A DNA stretch of 64,000 nt from Dehalococcoidia bacterium (GTDB lineage Bacteria; Chloroflexota; Dehalococcoidia; Lucifugimonadales; UBA3495). Under the pieces are notes generated by a model. The model ran no database searches, had not been told where the DNA came from, and was given only the letters and a program-made list of their open reading frames with translations. Location: positions 17,002 to 81,001 of the forward strand of contig DAOUHR010000008.1 in assembly GCA_034428635.1 (NCBI GenBank), in the 5' to 3' direction. A program made the position numbers and the translations under genes. Positions 1 to 9,149 of this stretch are shown here, piece by piece (the first letter of the stretch is position 1; the number at the start of each line of letters is the position of its first letter).

Positions 1-101
1 GAAACCAGGACCCACCACCAGAACTCGGCGCGGGTGGCACGGCCATTGAATTGGGCATAGCTGCGCAGGCACCGTCGCACCGCCTGGGGCAGCGACAACA
101 T
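1..101 (-). CDS. DUF805-family membrane protein, N-terminal part only (gene runs off the left edge)
   Basis: Minus-strand ATG at 101..99. The translation MLSLPQAVRRCLRSYAQFNGRATRAEFWWWVLV fits the DUF805 N-terminal signature (F.GRA.R.E[FY]WW). It is absent from the ORF track because the window truncates it. Confidence 0.5.
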   Translation of the reverse strand, partial: MLSLPQAVRRCLRSYAQFNGRATRAEFWWWVLV

Positions 102-155
102 GGGTCTGGAAGAAGGACGGGACCGTTGCAATGGCGTACCTGCTACTGGGGGTTT

Positions 156-542
156 TCAGATTAGCTTCCGCTCTGCAATGAGGGCTTCATCTACCGGAAA
201 GAAACCCAGTTGGCCGCGAAAGGGGACAGGGGTATCGTATGCCACTGGGTCTTCCAAAGTGAACCCGTAGGGCCCGCGGAACCAGGGGCTATCGCTGGCG
301 GCAAGGCAACCGGTGATGGTTACCTCGCCAATTATTGCTCCGCGAGCGAGTTGGGCGGGAATTACTATGCCGGCCTGGGTGATGTATTGGCGCTGTTCGG
401 GGTAGTCCTCGACGACCATGCGCTGGCCGGCGTGGACGTAAATGCGGCCCCGGAAGTTGGTGCTCCAGGTGCGGTTCTCAATGTCCTTGTAACCGTTGAC
501 CACCAGCCAGGCCCAGGGCTGGCGGATGCTGAGGGCGCGCAT
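156..542 (-). CDS. ASCH (PUA-like) domain protein
   Basis: ORF 156..578. MRALSIRQPWAWLVVNGYKDIENR is the typical ASCH N-terminus. I chose the ATG at 542, which has AGGAG 8 nt upstream, over the TTG at 578. Confidence 0.7.
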   Translation of the reverse strand: MRALSIRQPWAWLVVNGYKDIENRTWSTNFRGRIYVHAGQRMVVEDYPEQRQYITQAGIVIPAQLARGAIIGEVTITGCLAASDSPWFRGPYGFTLEDPVAYDTPVPFRGQLGFFPVDEALIAERKLI

Positions 543-665
543 CAGTATGACTCCTGGATTTGGCGGTTGAGCTGACAAGGGAATGGTGCGGGCAACAACG
601 AACTGATAGCGAGAAATAGCCTATTGTCTTGCAACGAAACTCAGTTTGACCGTACACTAGCCACT

Positions 666-956
666 GTGATAATAGCATCCATAAGGCACCGGGGATTGCG
701 GCGGTTGATTGAAGAGGACAATCCGAGATTTCTGCGACCGGAACTTGCCGACCGAGTCACTAAGATCGTAGCTGCATTGCTCTTGGCTGATAGTATTTAT
801 GAACTGATTGACGAAGCCCTTCCAGGATGGCGAATTCACCAACTTTCTGGAGGGCGAGCGGATGAGTGGAGCATTTCAGTATCGGGCAATTGGCGGTTAA
901 CCTTTCAGGTAGAAGGACAGGAGATCCACCACCTGAATCTTGAGGATTATCATTGA
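666..956 (+). CDS. higB: HigB-type toxin (RelE fold, plasmid maintenance system killer family)
   Basis: The ORF is open from TTG 624, but the conserved core begins at GTG 666 (VIIASIRHRGLRRL). The C-terminus is WSISVSGNWRLTFQVEGQEIHHLNLEDYH. The TGA stop overlaps the higA ATG (TGATG). The start codon is uncertain. Confidence 0.75.
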   Translation: MIIASIRHRGLRRLIEEDNPRFLRPELADRVTKIVAALLLADSIYELIDEALPGWRIHQLSGGRADEWSISVSGNWRLTFQVEGQEIHHLNLEDYH

Positions 957-1264
957 TGAACAAGCCCGGGATCAAAATTGGAATGAAGCCGCCGCATCCC
1001 GGAGACTTTATTCGCACCGAAGTCATTGAGGAGTTGGGTCTGAGTATTGCCCAAGCGGCCGAGATTCTGGGCGTGAGTCAAGGAAGCTTGTCAGACCTGC
1101 TACAAGGCAAGATTCCCTTGTCTCCAGAAATGGCGCTTCGCATGGAGAAGGGCTTTGGAGTTGGCATGGAAATGATGCTACGCCTTCAGGCCTGGTATGA
1201 CACGGTGGAAATGCGAGCCCGGGCTGATGAAGTACAAGTAGAACGTTACCAACCGAGCCCATAG
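956..1264 (+). CDS. higA: HigA-type antitoxin, XRE-family HTH
   Basis: PPHPGDFIRTEVIEELGLSIAQAAEILGVSQGSLSDLLQGK is the HigA/VapI HTH pattern. GAGGA lies 9 nt upstream of ATG 956. The gene sits immediately downstream of higB and overlaps it. Confidence 0.8.
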   Translation: MNKPGIKIGMKPPHPGDFIRTEVIEELGLSIAQAAEILGVSQGSLSDLLQGKIPLSPEMALRMEKGFGVGMEMMLRLQAWYDTVEMRARADEVQVERYQPSP

Positions 1265-1280
1265 CTGGAAGGAGCAAGAA

Positions 1281-2276
1281 ATGGCAGATCTGGTATTGGG
1301 GCTGGGCTCGTCCCACAGCCCACAGTTGAGCACTCCAGCGGAGGGCTGGGCCGCCCGGGGTGAGCGGGACAAGGGTCACATTGAACTAATCGGCACCGAC
1401 GGCATCACTTCCAACTTTGAGGAACTGCTGGCCCGCTGCGACACGGGGCGTATAGCGAAGGAAATCACGCCGGAGAAGTTCGAGCAGCGGCACCAGCAGA
1501 ACCAGAAGGCCATTGCCCACCTGTCCAGGAAGCTGTACGACGCCAAGCTGGACGTGCTGGTGATGGTAGGCGACGACCAGCAGGAGTATTTGTTGGACGA
1601 CAACATGCCGGCCTTCTGCGTTTACTGGGGCGACCAGGTTAAGGTTGCCGGACACGAAGCGGGACCGTCCACCGGCGGGCAGCACCTGATTGGGTACGAC
1701 ACCGAAGACCGGCAAGTCCCCACGGACTCGGGATTCGGCCGCCACATCATTGAGCACCTGATCGAATCGGAGTTTGACGTGGGGCGTTCCAACTTCCTGG
1801 ACCCCAAGCGGGGCGGCCGGGCCAGGGGCGGCATCGGCCACGCCTTCGGGTACGTGTATAACCGGCTGATGACGGAAGGGACGATTCCCACGGTGCCGGT
1901 GATGCTGAACACCTACTATCCCCCCAACCAGCCCACGCCCAAGCGGTGCTACAACCTGGGGCAGGCATTGAAGGGCGCAATAGAATCGTGGCCGAAGGAC
2001 ATTCGCGTGGGAATCCTGGCGTCAGGGGGACTCAGCCACTTTGTAGTTGATGAAGAGTTGGACCAGGCGGCGCTGGCTGGAATGCAGGCCAGGAGCATTG
2101 AACAGCTAATGGCCCTGCCCCGGGAGAAAATCAACTCGGGCAGTTCGGAGATTCGCAACTGGATTGTGGTGGCGGGGGCCACGGAAAACCTGGACATGGA
2201 TGTGGTTGACTACGTGCCGTGCTACCGGTCCCCGGCTGGAACCGGCTGCGCCATGGGGTTTGCGACCTGGGAGTAG
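1281..2276 (+). CDS. Class III extradiol ring-cleavage dioxygenase (LigB family)
   Basis: N-terminal LGLGSSHSP and internal ASGGLSHF motifs match LigB-type catalytic subunits. RBS GGAAGGAG precedes the ATG. The substrate is unknown. Confidence 0.65.
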   Translation: MADLVLGLGSSHSPQLSTPAEGWAARGERDKGHIELIGTDGITSNFEELLARCDTGRIAKEITPEKFEQRHQQNQKAIAHLSRKLYDAKLDVLVMVGDDQQEYLLDDNMPAFCVYWGDQVKVAGHEAGPSTGGQHLIGYDTEDRQVPTDSGFGRHIIEHLIESEFDVGRSNFLDPKRGGRARGGIGHAFGYVYNRLMTEGTIPTVPVMLNTYYPPNQPTPKRCYNLGQALKGAIESWPKDIRVGILASGGLSHFVVDEELDQAALAGMQARSIEQLMALPREKINSGSSEIRNWIVVAGATENLDMDVVDYVPCYRSPAGTGCAMGFATWE

Positions 2277-2320
2277 GCTGACCCACAACAACATTGTCCG
2301 GTAGGGAAAAGTCGAATTAT

Positions 2321-2353
2321 GAAATAAACGGGGCGGGAATTGATTCCCGCCCC
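2321..2353 (-). terminator. Hairpin terminator between convergent genes
   Basis: GGGGCGGGAAT-tg-ATTCCCGCCCC forms a perfect 11-bp stem (2330..2353). On the minus strand it is followed by GTTTATTTC, downstream of the amidohydrolase stop at 2386. It may also serve the plus-strand dioxygenase gene. Confidence 0.55.
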
Positions 2354-2385
2354 AAACTCTTTGCGCAGATATGCACCGGCGAATG

Positions 2386-3936
2386 TTACGTCCTGCTGTT
2401 GTATACGTAGTGGGGTGCGCCGGTGGGCGGGCCGCCGGAGTCATCGGCCCAGGCACGGTAAAACTCTTCGGCGTAGGGGCGCAGGCGGGCGGCCATGCGG
2501 CGGGTTTCCAGGGTTTTTGGTTCCGCAGGGCGGGAGAGTTGTTCGCGTAACTCGCGCCGGATTTCGTCCTTGTTGACCCTTTGGTGCACGCCGTCACGGG
2601 TGAGAGCTTCGCCATCCACGATGACGGCGGCGATGTCCCGGGACTTGGCCCGTCCCAGAACGGCTTCCAGCGGGGGCAGGTCGGGTTCCAGGTAGGGGTC
2701 TTCCAGGTCTGAAAGACGGATTAGCAGCATATCAGCCCTGCGGCCCGGTTCCAGGACACCGATTTCACCGGCAAAGCCCGTGGGTCCGGCCGCGTTTGCC
2801 GTGGCCATGGCCAGCACCTGTTCCGGGGTTATGGCCGGGTTGCCGATGCCTGGCTGGCGGTGCAGTTTGCTGACCAGGCGCATCTCCTGGAGCAGGTCGT
2901 CGTCGTCATTGATGGCGGTGCTGTCGGTGCCCATTGCCACATTCAGGCCCCTGGCCAGCATGGAGTTGACCGGAGCAATACCGTTCTTGAGCCGCAGGTT
3001 GGAACTGGCGTTATGGCAGACGGTGGCCCCGGCCCCGGCCAGCAGGTCGATGTCCCGTTCCGTCAGCCACACGGCGTGGGCGCAGGACAGTCCGGGACCC
3101 AGGAATTCCAGGTCCTGCAGGTGTTCCACGGGAGTCTTGCCCCAGGTGCGCAGGCCGAAAGCCTTCTGGTAGTTGCTTTCCACCAAGTGCATGTGAATGG
3201 GCGTCTGGTAGCGCAGGGCCGTCTCGCGAGTGCGCTGCAGGAACTCGTCGGTGTTCCACTGGACGTTGCTGGGGCTGAGCAACACACGGAGTTTGCCAGT
3301 CGGGTCGCGATTATAGCGATCGTAGGACTCGGAGAAGAAGGCGAAGTACTCGTCGTCGGTCATGTCGGTGGCGGCCAGGTGCCGGTTGACGCCCTCGGCC
3401 AGGTCGGCGGGCAGGCCCGACAGGAAGTCCTGGTCGGCGGCGTAGACCACCCGGTTCTGGTTGCGGAAGTAGCTGGAAAAGGCAACCCGCATGCCGGCGT
3501 CCAGAAAGCCCCGCAACACCGCGTCCACGTCCTCGCGCAGGGTGGCGGTGGCGGTCTGGGGGTGGTTGTACATGACGGTGGTGGTGCCCGACTCCAGCAT
3601 GTTCAGGGCAGTGTACAGGGTCATCAGGTAGTGGTCGTAGGGACGGCGACCCCAGCCGTCGAGAATCCACAGTTCCAGGCAATCATCGCAGGTGCCCATT
3701 TGCAGGGTGGTAACGCCGCGGCCGTGGTGGTGAGAATTGACCAGGCCCGGAATGATGGCGTAGTCGGGGCCGCCCAGTTCGTCGTCGGGCTGGTGGCGGG
3801 CACGCAATTCCTGCCAGGGGCCGACTTCTCGAATTACGCCGTCTTCCTGGTACACTGCCACGTCGGACAGGGCTGTCGTTGGTCCGTCGGACGCCGGGGT
3901 GAGCAGGTACCTGCCGCGAATCAGTGAAGACGCCAT
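2386..3936 (-). CDS. Metal-dependent amidohydrolase (chlorohydrolase/deaminase-like subfamily)
   Basis: Motifs seen: PGLVNSHHHG (HxH metal motif), HMHLVES, CAHAVWL, HNASSNLRL, GTDS. RBS GGGAGGTG precedes the ATG. Confidence 0.8.
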   Translation of the reverse strand: MASSLIRGRYLLTPASDGPTTALSDVAVYQEDGVIREVGPWQELRARHQPDDELGGPDYAIIPGLVNSHHHGRGVTTLQMGTCDDCLELWILDGWGRRPYDHYLMTLYTALNMLESGTTTVMYNHPQTATATLREDVDAVLRGFLDAGMRVAFSSYFRNQNRVVYAADQDFLSGLPADLAEGVNRHLAATDMTDDEYFAFFSESYDRYNRDPTGKLRVLLSPSNVQWNTDEFLQRTRETALRYQTPIHMHLVESNYQKAFGLRTWGKTPVEHLQDLEFLGPGLSCAHAVWLTERDIDLLAGAGATVCHNASSNLRLKNGIAPVNSMLARGLNVAMGTDSTAINDDDDLLQEMRLVSKLHRQPGIGNPAITPEQVLAMATANAAGPTGFAGEIGVLEPGRRADMLLIRLSDLEDPYLEPDLPPLEAVLGRAKSRDIAAVIVDGEALTRDGVHQRVNKDEIRRELREQLSRPAEPKTLETRRMAARLRPYAEEFYRAWADDSGGPPTGAPHYVYNSRT

Positions 3937-3948
3937 GGGCCACCTCCC

Positions 3949-4860
3949 TCAGCCGGCCTGCTGCCGGTACCAGGCGATGATTTGGGAACCGGTGGCGGGC
4001 CAGACGCCGCCCTGGCCCATGATATGGGAAAGGGCACGGTCAATGCTGCCAATGCGGAAGGGCTGGCCCACCAGCCAGGGGTGCAAGTTGACGGCCATGA
4101 GCCTGCCGGTACTGGCGCCGTCCTCCTTCAGCACGTCGAAGCTCTCACCCAGCATCCGCTCGTAGTCGAAGACAGTCATAAGCTTGTGGGAGATGGAGAC
4201 CACGTCGTCCAGTTCGTACATCAGGGGCAGGGCGAAGAAGGGCCGGTCGCCGGTGGTCATGGGGTAGGGCTGCTCGTCGTTGGCCCAGTCACAGACGTAG
4301 GTCAGGCCTGCTTCCGCCAGCAATTGGGGGGTGCGGTCGGACTCGCCGTACTCGGGGCCGAACCAGCCAGCGGGTGCGGCGCCGGTGGCGCTCACCAATG
4401 CCTGGATTGAAGTGCTAATGTATTCCCTTTCTTCCTCTTCGGACATGTTGCTGGTAATCATGCGGCTGACTGAGATGCCGTGGCCGATGATTTCGCAGCC
4501 CCGGTCCAGGCAGTGGCGGACGAGATAGGGATAGTGCTCGGCGGTCAGGGCGTCCATGGCGATGGTGGCGCGGATACCGTGCTTTTCCAGGACGTCCAGC
4601 AGGCGGAATATGCCAATTCGATGCCCGTATTCGCGGTGGGACAGGCGGGCGTAGTCGGGGAATTCCCGGGGGGCGGAACCGCCGGCCAGCCGAGCCACCT
4701 GGAAACTGCCGGCAGGCGCCTGCCACTCCATGTGCTCCAGGGGAATTACCACGCACAGGGCGACGGCGGCGTTGTCGGGCCAGCGCAGGGTCGGGCGGCT
4801 GATGACGGGGGACCATTCGTGGTGGGGGTGGTCCATACCAAAGGTGCGTTGGGCGGGCAT
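3949..4860 (-). CDS. Polysaccharide deacetylase-fold protein (PuuE-like), paralog 2
   Basis: ORF 3949..5025 was trimmed to ATG 4860 (RBS GGGAGAAG), because the longer form overlaps the upstream paralog. It shares W.P.NA.VAL....P.EH, GHGIS and NLHPWLVGQPFRI blocks with the neighbour at 4916..5839. Confidence 0.7.
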   Translation of the reverse strand: MPAQRTFGMDHPHHEWSPVISRPTLRWPDNAAVALCVVIPLEHMEWQAPAGSFQVARLAGGSAPREFPDYARLSHREYGHRIGIFRLLDVLEKHGIRATIAMDALTAEHYPYLVRHCLDRGCEIIGHGISVSRMITSNMSEEEEREYISTSIQALVSATGAAPAGWFGPEYGESDRTPQLLAEAGLTYVCDWANDEQPYPMTTGDRPFFALPLMYELDDVVSISHKLMTVFDYERMLGESFDVLKEDGASTGRLMAVNLHPWLVGQPFRIGSIDRALSHIMGQGGVWPATGSQIIAWYRQQAG

Positions 4861-4915
4861 AAGCTTTTCTTCTCCCTTTTGGCGGCTGGTTCGTAAGGAA
4901 CAGACCAGGGCGGGC

Positions 4916-5839
4916 TTAACTCGCGGACTGTCCGGCCAGACGCTGGGCGTGGGCCACCACATCGTCGTAGTAGTTGGCGATGTAGTAGTCGGCGATTTCG
5001 TCGGCGGTAGTCTGCCATACCCCATCGTGGGACATTATGTAGCCCAGGATGTCGTCCAGGTATTTTATCCGGTGGGGCTGGCCGATAAGGAAGGGGTGCA
5101 GGGCGATGCACATTACCCGGCCGCTTTCCGCGCCCTCCTCGTAAAGGCGGTCGAACTGGGCCTTGCAGATGTCAGCGAAGTACTGGGCAGTGTAGTGATT
5201 GTCGCGCAGAACCGACGAGTCGTTCAGTTCCACCGAGTAGGGGACGGAAATGAGCTTGCCGGAATTCACCTTGATGGGGGTGGGCTGGTCGTCGTGGAAC
5301 CAGTCGGTGTGGTAGATGAGCCCGGCCTCAGCCATCAAGTCGGGGGTGTGGACGCTGCCGGAAATGGCGGGGCCCAGCATGCCCTTCAGAGGCTTACCGG
5401 TGTGGCGCTTCAGGGTGTCGATACAGTCCCGGTAAAACTCCCGCTCCTCATCCTGGGTGCAGGTATAAAGGTAGCGGGTGTTGTAAATGCCGTGGCTCAT
5501 GTAGTCGTAGTCCCGCTCCATCATGGCCTCGGCAATCTCGGGAAAGTGTTCCAGAACGGCCAGGTTCAGGGACACGCAACAGCGTATGCCGTGCTTGTCC
5601 AGGGGTTCCAGCATGCGCCAGAAACCGATGCGGTTGCCGTAGTCACGGTAGGAGAATTGCTGCACGTCGGGATAGGGCGTGCGGGGCCAGGGATTGCGGA
5701 CACCCTCGTTGACAGGCTGGTACTCGTAATGTTCAACGTTGGGGGATATCCAAAGGGCGACACGGGCGTCGTTGGGCCACTTGATGACGGGGCGATCGGT
5801 GATGGGCAGGTAGTCGATGCGGTCGGGTGGCAGGGCCAT
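4916..5839 (-). CDS. Polysaccharide deacetylase-fold protein (PuuE-like), paralog 1
   Basis: Motifs seen: VIKWPNDARVALWISPNVEHYE, SHGIYNTRY, ALHPFLIGQPHRIKYLD. RBS AGAGGAAA. It is a tandem paralog of 3949..4860. Confidence 0.75.
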   Translation of the reverse strand: MALPPDRIDYLPITDRPVIKWPNDARVALWISPNVEHYEYQPVNEGVRNPWPRTPYPDVQQFSYRDYGNRIGFWRMLEPLDKHGIRCCVSLNLAVLEHFPEIAEAMMERDYDYMSHGIYNTRYLYTCTQDEEREFYRDCIDTLKRHTGKPLKGMLGPAISGSVHTPDLMAEAGLIYHTDWFHDDQPTPIKVNSGKLISVPYSVELNDSSVLRDNHYTAQYFADICKAQFDRLYEEGAESGRVMCIALHPFLIGQPHRIKYLDDILGYIMSHDGVWQTTADEIADYYIANYYDDVVAHAQRLAGQSAS

Positions 5840-5893
5840 AGCAGTTTCCTCTAACTCTCGTGGAATTGAAGATTTGGGGACTGGTGGCGGAGT

Positions 5894-5932
5894 TCACCCC
5901 CATCCCAACCTTCCCCCGCCAATGGGGAAGGG
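5894..5932 (-). repeat. Hairpin repeat copy a (CTTCCCC-loop-GGGGAAGG + GGATGGGGGTGA tail)
   Basis: The minus-strand read is cccttccccattggcgggggaaggttgggatgggggtga. The stem is 8 bp. The element begins 20 nt after the epimerase stop. See findings. Confidence 0.7.
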
Positions 5933-5952
5933 ACCTTCGTCGGGTTGGTCTG

Positions 5953-6933
5953 TTAGTCCATAAACCCTGAGTCGCGGCGCCATTGGACGTAGTGGGACAG
6001 GCCGGCGGCCAGGTCGTACTTGGGCGTCCAACCGAAGTCGCGCCACAGGCGGTAGCCGGACAGGGGACCGCGGGCCGGGGAGGTGCTGACGTTGGAGACG
6101 GGTTCCGCGCCCTGTTCCAGCAGGATGGCGTCGGGGTAGAGTTCCTTCAAGGTGTCCTGAATCTGCTGGCCGGTTACCCACACGCCGTTGGTGATGTTGT
6201 AGCGGTCATGGGGCAGGTCCGGGGCGTCCACCACGGTGGCAATGCCGGAGGCAATGTCGAGGACGTAGGTAAAGTCGCGGCCCGCGTCGGAGTCCTCAAT
6301 GGCTATGGGTTCGCCACGGACCAGGCGGCCGGTCCACTGGTGGGGGATGGACATATTGTCGCGGTGGCCGGTAACCCGCTCCATGGGGCCGTAGGGTGTG
6401 CTGAGCCGCAGGCTGGCGGTTTCCCAACCGTGCAGTTCGCCGTAACGCTGGGTGATGGCCTCGCTGGCAGCCTTGGTAATGCCGTAAAGGGTGTCGGCTT
6501 TGGACGGGTCGTCTTCGTTGAAGTACTGGTCGGGGCCGCGGGTCATGCCGTACATGGAACCGGAACTGATGTAGATGAAGCGCTGGGGGCCGATATGCCG
6601 GGCCATCTCCAGCATATTGGCGGTGCCGGTGACGTTTATGTCAACAATGTCGCGGCTGCGGGCGGTTTCCAGGTCAACCCGGTTCACTGTGAAGACGGCG
6701 GCGTGGACTATCTTCTCGATATCATAGGATTGTCGAAGCGACTCCAGGTCGGAAGGATTTAGGATGCTGCCGGCGACGAATGTAACGCGGGACTGCAGGT
6801 CGCCCAGGTAGCGCAGGTTCAGGTCGTCAGCGGGGGAAACGTCCAGGCTGACCACCTCGTGGCCGCGAGACGCCAGTTCCCGGACGATATTGGAGCCGAC
6901 GAAACCGGTGCCGCCGGTTACCAAGGTTACCAT
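5953..6933 (-). CDS. NAD-dependent epimerase/dehydratase (extended SDR)
   Basis: MVTLVTGGTGFVGSN Rossmann motif and YGITKAASE (YxxxK). I chose the ATG at 6933 with RBS AAGGAAGGAG. The ORF-track start at 7053 adds 40 non-homologous residues. Confidence 0.85.
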   Translation of the reverse strand: MVTLVTGGTGFVGSNIVRELASRGHEVVSLDVSPADDLNLRYLGDLQSRVTFVAGSILNPSDLESLRQSYDIEKIVHAAVFTVNRVDLETARSRDIVDINVTGTANMLEMARHIGPQRFIYISSGSMYGMTRGPDQYFNEDDPSKADTLYGITKAASEAITQRYGELHGWETASLRLSTPYGPMERVTGHRDNMSIPHQWTGRLVRGEPIAIEDSDAGRDFTYVLDIASGIATVVDAPDLPHDRYNITNGVWVTGQQIQDTLKELYPDAILLEQGAEPVSNVSTSPARGPLSGYRLWRDFGWTPKYDLAAGLSHYVQWRRDSGFMD

Positions 6934-7006
6934 TTGCCATCTCCTTCCTTTGTCCACGAATAGGCACGAATGTTCACTAATGATTTGTTGATTTGTCGGG
7001 GACGCC

Positions 7007-7044
7007 TCACCCCCATCCTGACCTGCCACCTTGTTGGAGGAAGG
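7007..7044 (-). repeat. Hairpin repeat copy b (degenerate stem)
   Basis: The minus-strand read is ccttcctccaacaaggtggcaggtcaggatgggggtga. It has the same tail as copy a. The stem pairs 7 of 9 positions. The element begins 27 nt after the GGT stop. Confidence 0.6.
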
Positions 7045-7071
7045 AATGTTCAACTTTCGCGCCAGCGTTCC

Positions 7072-8856
7072 TTACCAGCCCAGCATAACCGATTCCTTGC
7101 GGGGGTCGGCGCCGCCGTGGTACACGCCGTCGGCGGCGTTGACCAGGATGGGCGTAAATCCGTTGGGCACACCCCACGGGCCGATGACCTTCACCTGGTG
7201 GCCCTTGTCGTTGAGCGCATCCACCACGTCCTGGGAAACCCGGCCTTCCATTTCCAGCAGGTTGGGGTACTCCTCATGGGGCCAGGGAGACTGGGGGAAG
7301 CTGTAGCCGCAGAAGCGGGGGGCTTCCACCGCCTCCTGAACGTTCATCCCGAAATCGATGACATTGCACAGGGTCTGCAGGTTGCTCTGGGGCTGGCTGT
7401 CGCCGCCGGGAGTGCCCAGAGTCATGAAGGGCTCGCCGTCCTTCAGGATTATGAAAGTGCAGGGAGTAGTGCGGGGCCGCTTGCGGGGGGCCAGGCCGTT
7501 AGGGTTGTCTTCGTCCAGCCAGAAGTAGCAACCCCGGCAGTTGGCCAGGATGCCCGTGTCGCCCAGCACCATGCCCTGGGCCAGGGCGCCAAAGCTGCTA
7601 GGGGTGGCGGACACCAGGTTGCCGTCCGAGTCCACGGTGGCGAGGTAGGTGGTGCCGTCGCCGTCGCCGCCCACGGCCATGGGTTCCCGGAATTGCGAGT
7701 TGGCTACCCAGGTCGGGTCCACGGCCAGCATCTGGCGCGGGTCGCCGGGCGGGTAAGCGGCCTGGGCCTTGTCAGGGTCGAGCAGCGTCCGGCGCAGAGC
7801 CGCGTATTCTTTGGACAACAGACCGTCAAATGGCACGTCCACAAATGCAGGGTCGCCGACGTATCGCTCCCGATCGGCAAAGGCCAGCTTCAGGGCCTCA
7901 ACCTGCAGGTGAATGGCCTGGGGACTGTTGTGGCCCAGTTCGGCAAGGTTGGAGCCTTCCAGGATGGTCAAGGCCTGCAGCAGGCTGATGCCCTGGGTCC
8001 AGGACCGGTTCGTAAAGACCTGGTAACCGCGATAAGTGATGGAAATGGGTTCTTCCATGGGGGACTCGTACTCAGCAAAGTCCGCCAAGTCGTACAGGCC
8101 GCCCAGATCTTGCAAGGCTTGCACCATGCGGCGGGCCACGTCGCCCTTGTAATAGACGTCGCGAGCAGCCTGGATACCGGTTTCACGAGAACCGCCACCG
8201 GCCAGGGCCTGTTCCTCGGCCTGGACCATCAGGGACAGGGATCGGGCCAGGTCTTCCTGGACGAACAGTGACCCCAGCTCAGGCGGTCGGCCGTTGGGCA
8301 GAAAGACGCGGGCCGAGTCTGGGTTCTGGCGCAGATTGGCCACGCGCTCGGCGGTGGCCACCGTGCGGACGAAAAGCTGGTAAGCGGGGAAGCCCCGGCC
8401 GGCGAAGTGGAGCGCGCTCTCCGCCGCCTGGGCGAAGGACATGGTGCCGTATTCGGACAGCATGGAAAGCAGGGCGGAGATGACGCCGGGGACGGTGGTG
8501 CTGAGAACCCCGGATGGTATTTCGCCCCAGTGTTCCAGGTAGTGGTCGATGGTGGCTCTCTGGGGCGCCCAGCCCTGGCCCACTACAGAGCGTACTTTTT
8601 TGCTGGCGCGATCGTAGAACAGGAAGGCGACCTCGCCGCCCAGGGTATAATGGGCAGTGGGTTCCATAACACCCGCGGCCAGGGCCGAAGCCACCGCTGC
8701 GTCCACCGCGTTGCCCCCCTGCCAGAGAATGCGCATACCCGACTGGGCGGTCAACTGGGTGCCGCCCCCAACCATGCCGCGTGTGCCCCATACCATTGGC
8801 CGGTGCGAGTAGGGGCCCTGGCTGCCTGGCGTGTGGCCGTTGGTAGTAGTTGTCAT
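7072..8856 (-). CDS. ggt: Gamma-glutamyltransferase family protein (no obvious signal peptide)
   Basis: GDGTTYLATVDSDGNLVSATPS (Thr nucleophile region) and LGTPGGDSQPQ motifs. ATG 8856 with AGGAG upstream is preferred over the start at 8904. Confidence 0.85.
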   Translation of the reverse strand: MTTTTNGHTPGSQGPYSHRPMVWGTRGMVGGGTQLTAQSGMRILWQGGNAVDAAVASALAAGVMEPTAHYTLGGEVAFLFYDRASKKVRSVVGQGWAPQRATIDHYLEHWGEIPSGVLSTTVPGVISALLSMLSEYGTMSFAQAAESALHFAGRGFPAYQLFVRTVATAERVANLRQNPDSARVFLPNGRPPELGSLFVQEDLARSLSLMVQAEEQALAGGGSRETGIQAARDVYYKGDVARRMVQALQDLGGLYDLADFAEYESPMEEPISITYRGYQVFTNRSWTQGISLLQALTILEGSNLAELGHNSPQAIHLQVEALKLAFADRERYVGDPAFVDVPFDGLLSKEYAALRRTLLDPDKAQAAYPPGDPRQMLAVDPTWVANSQFREPMAVGGDGDGTTYLATVDSDGNLVSATPSSFGALAQGMVLGDTGILANCRGCYFWLDEDNPNGLAPRKRPRTTPCTFIILKDGEPFMTLGTPGGDSQPQSNLQTLCNVIDFGMNVQEAVEAPRFCGYSFPQSPWPHEEYPNLLEMEGRVSQDVVDALNDKGHQVKVIGPWGVPNGFTPILVNAADGVYHGGADPRKESVMLGW

Positions 8857-9149
8857 ATTAGTAGCTCCTGGCGCCGGTTGGATGGGGGTTGCCTTTGGGG
8901 GCATCGGGTTGGGGACAGTTTAGTCTGGCGGCAGGCGGGGTGCAACCAGCGGTTTTGGCCGATAGTTCTGTTAGCCGTCATTCACCGAACGCCAAAATTG
9001 CATGAAGATTTCGCCCTGACACGGGAACAAAGGTATCGGTATGTTATGCTGGAATACGGGCAGTTCAAGACCCAGTTTCAATTGTCCGTAGGGGACCCGA
9101 ATCCACCAACACCAACCATCCAGTGGTTGTGCAGAAGAGAGGAGGTTTT

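Noticed and set aside
5894-6181. The 95-aa minus-strand ORF overlapping the epimerase 3' end.
   Set aside because: Its C-terminus is simply the translation of hairpin repeat copy a. The rest overlaps the well-supported epimerase gene in another frame.
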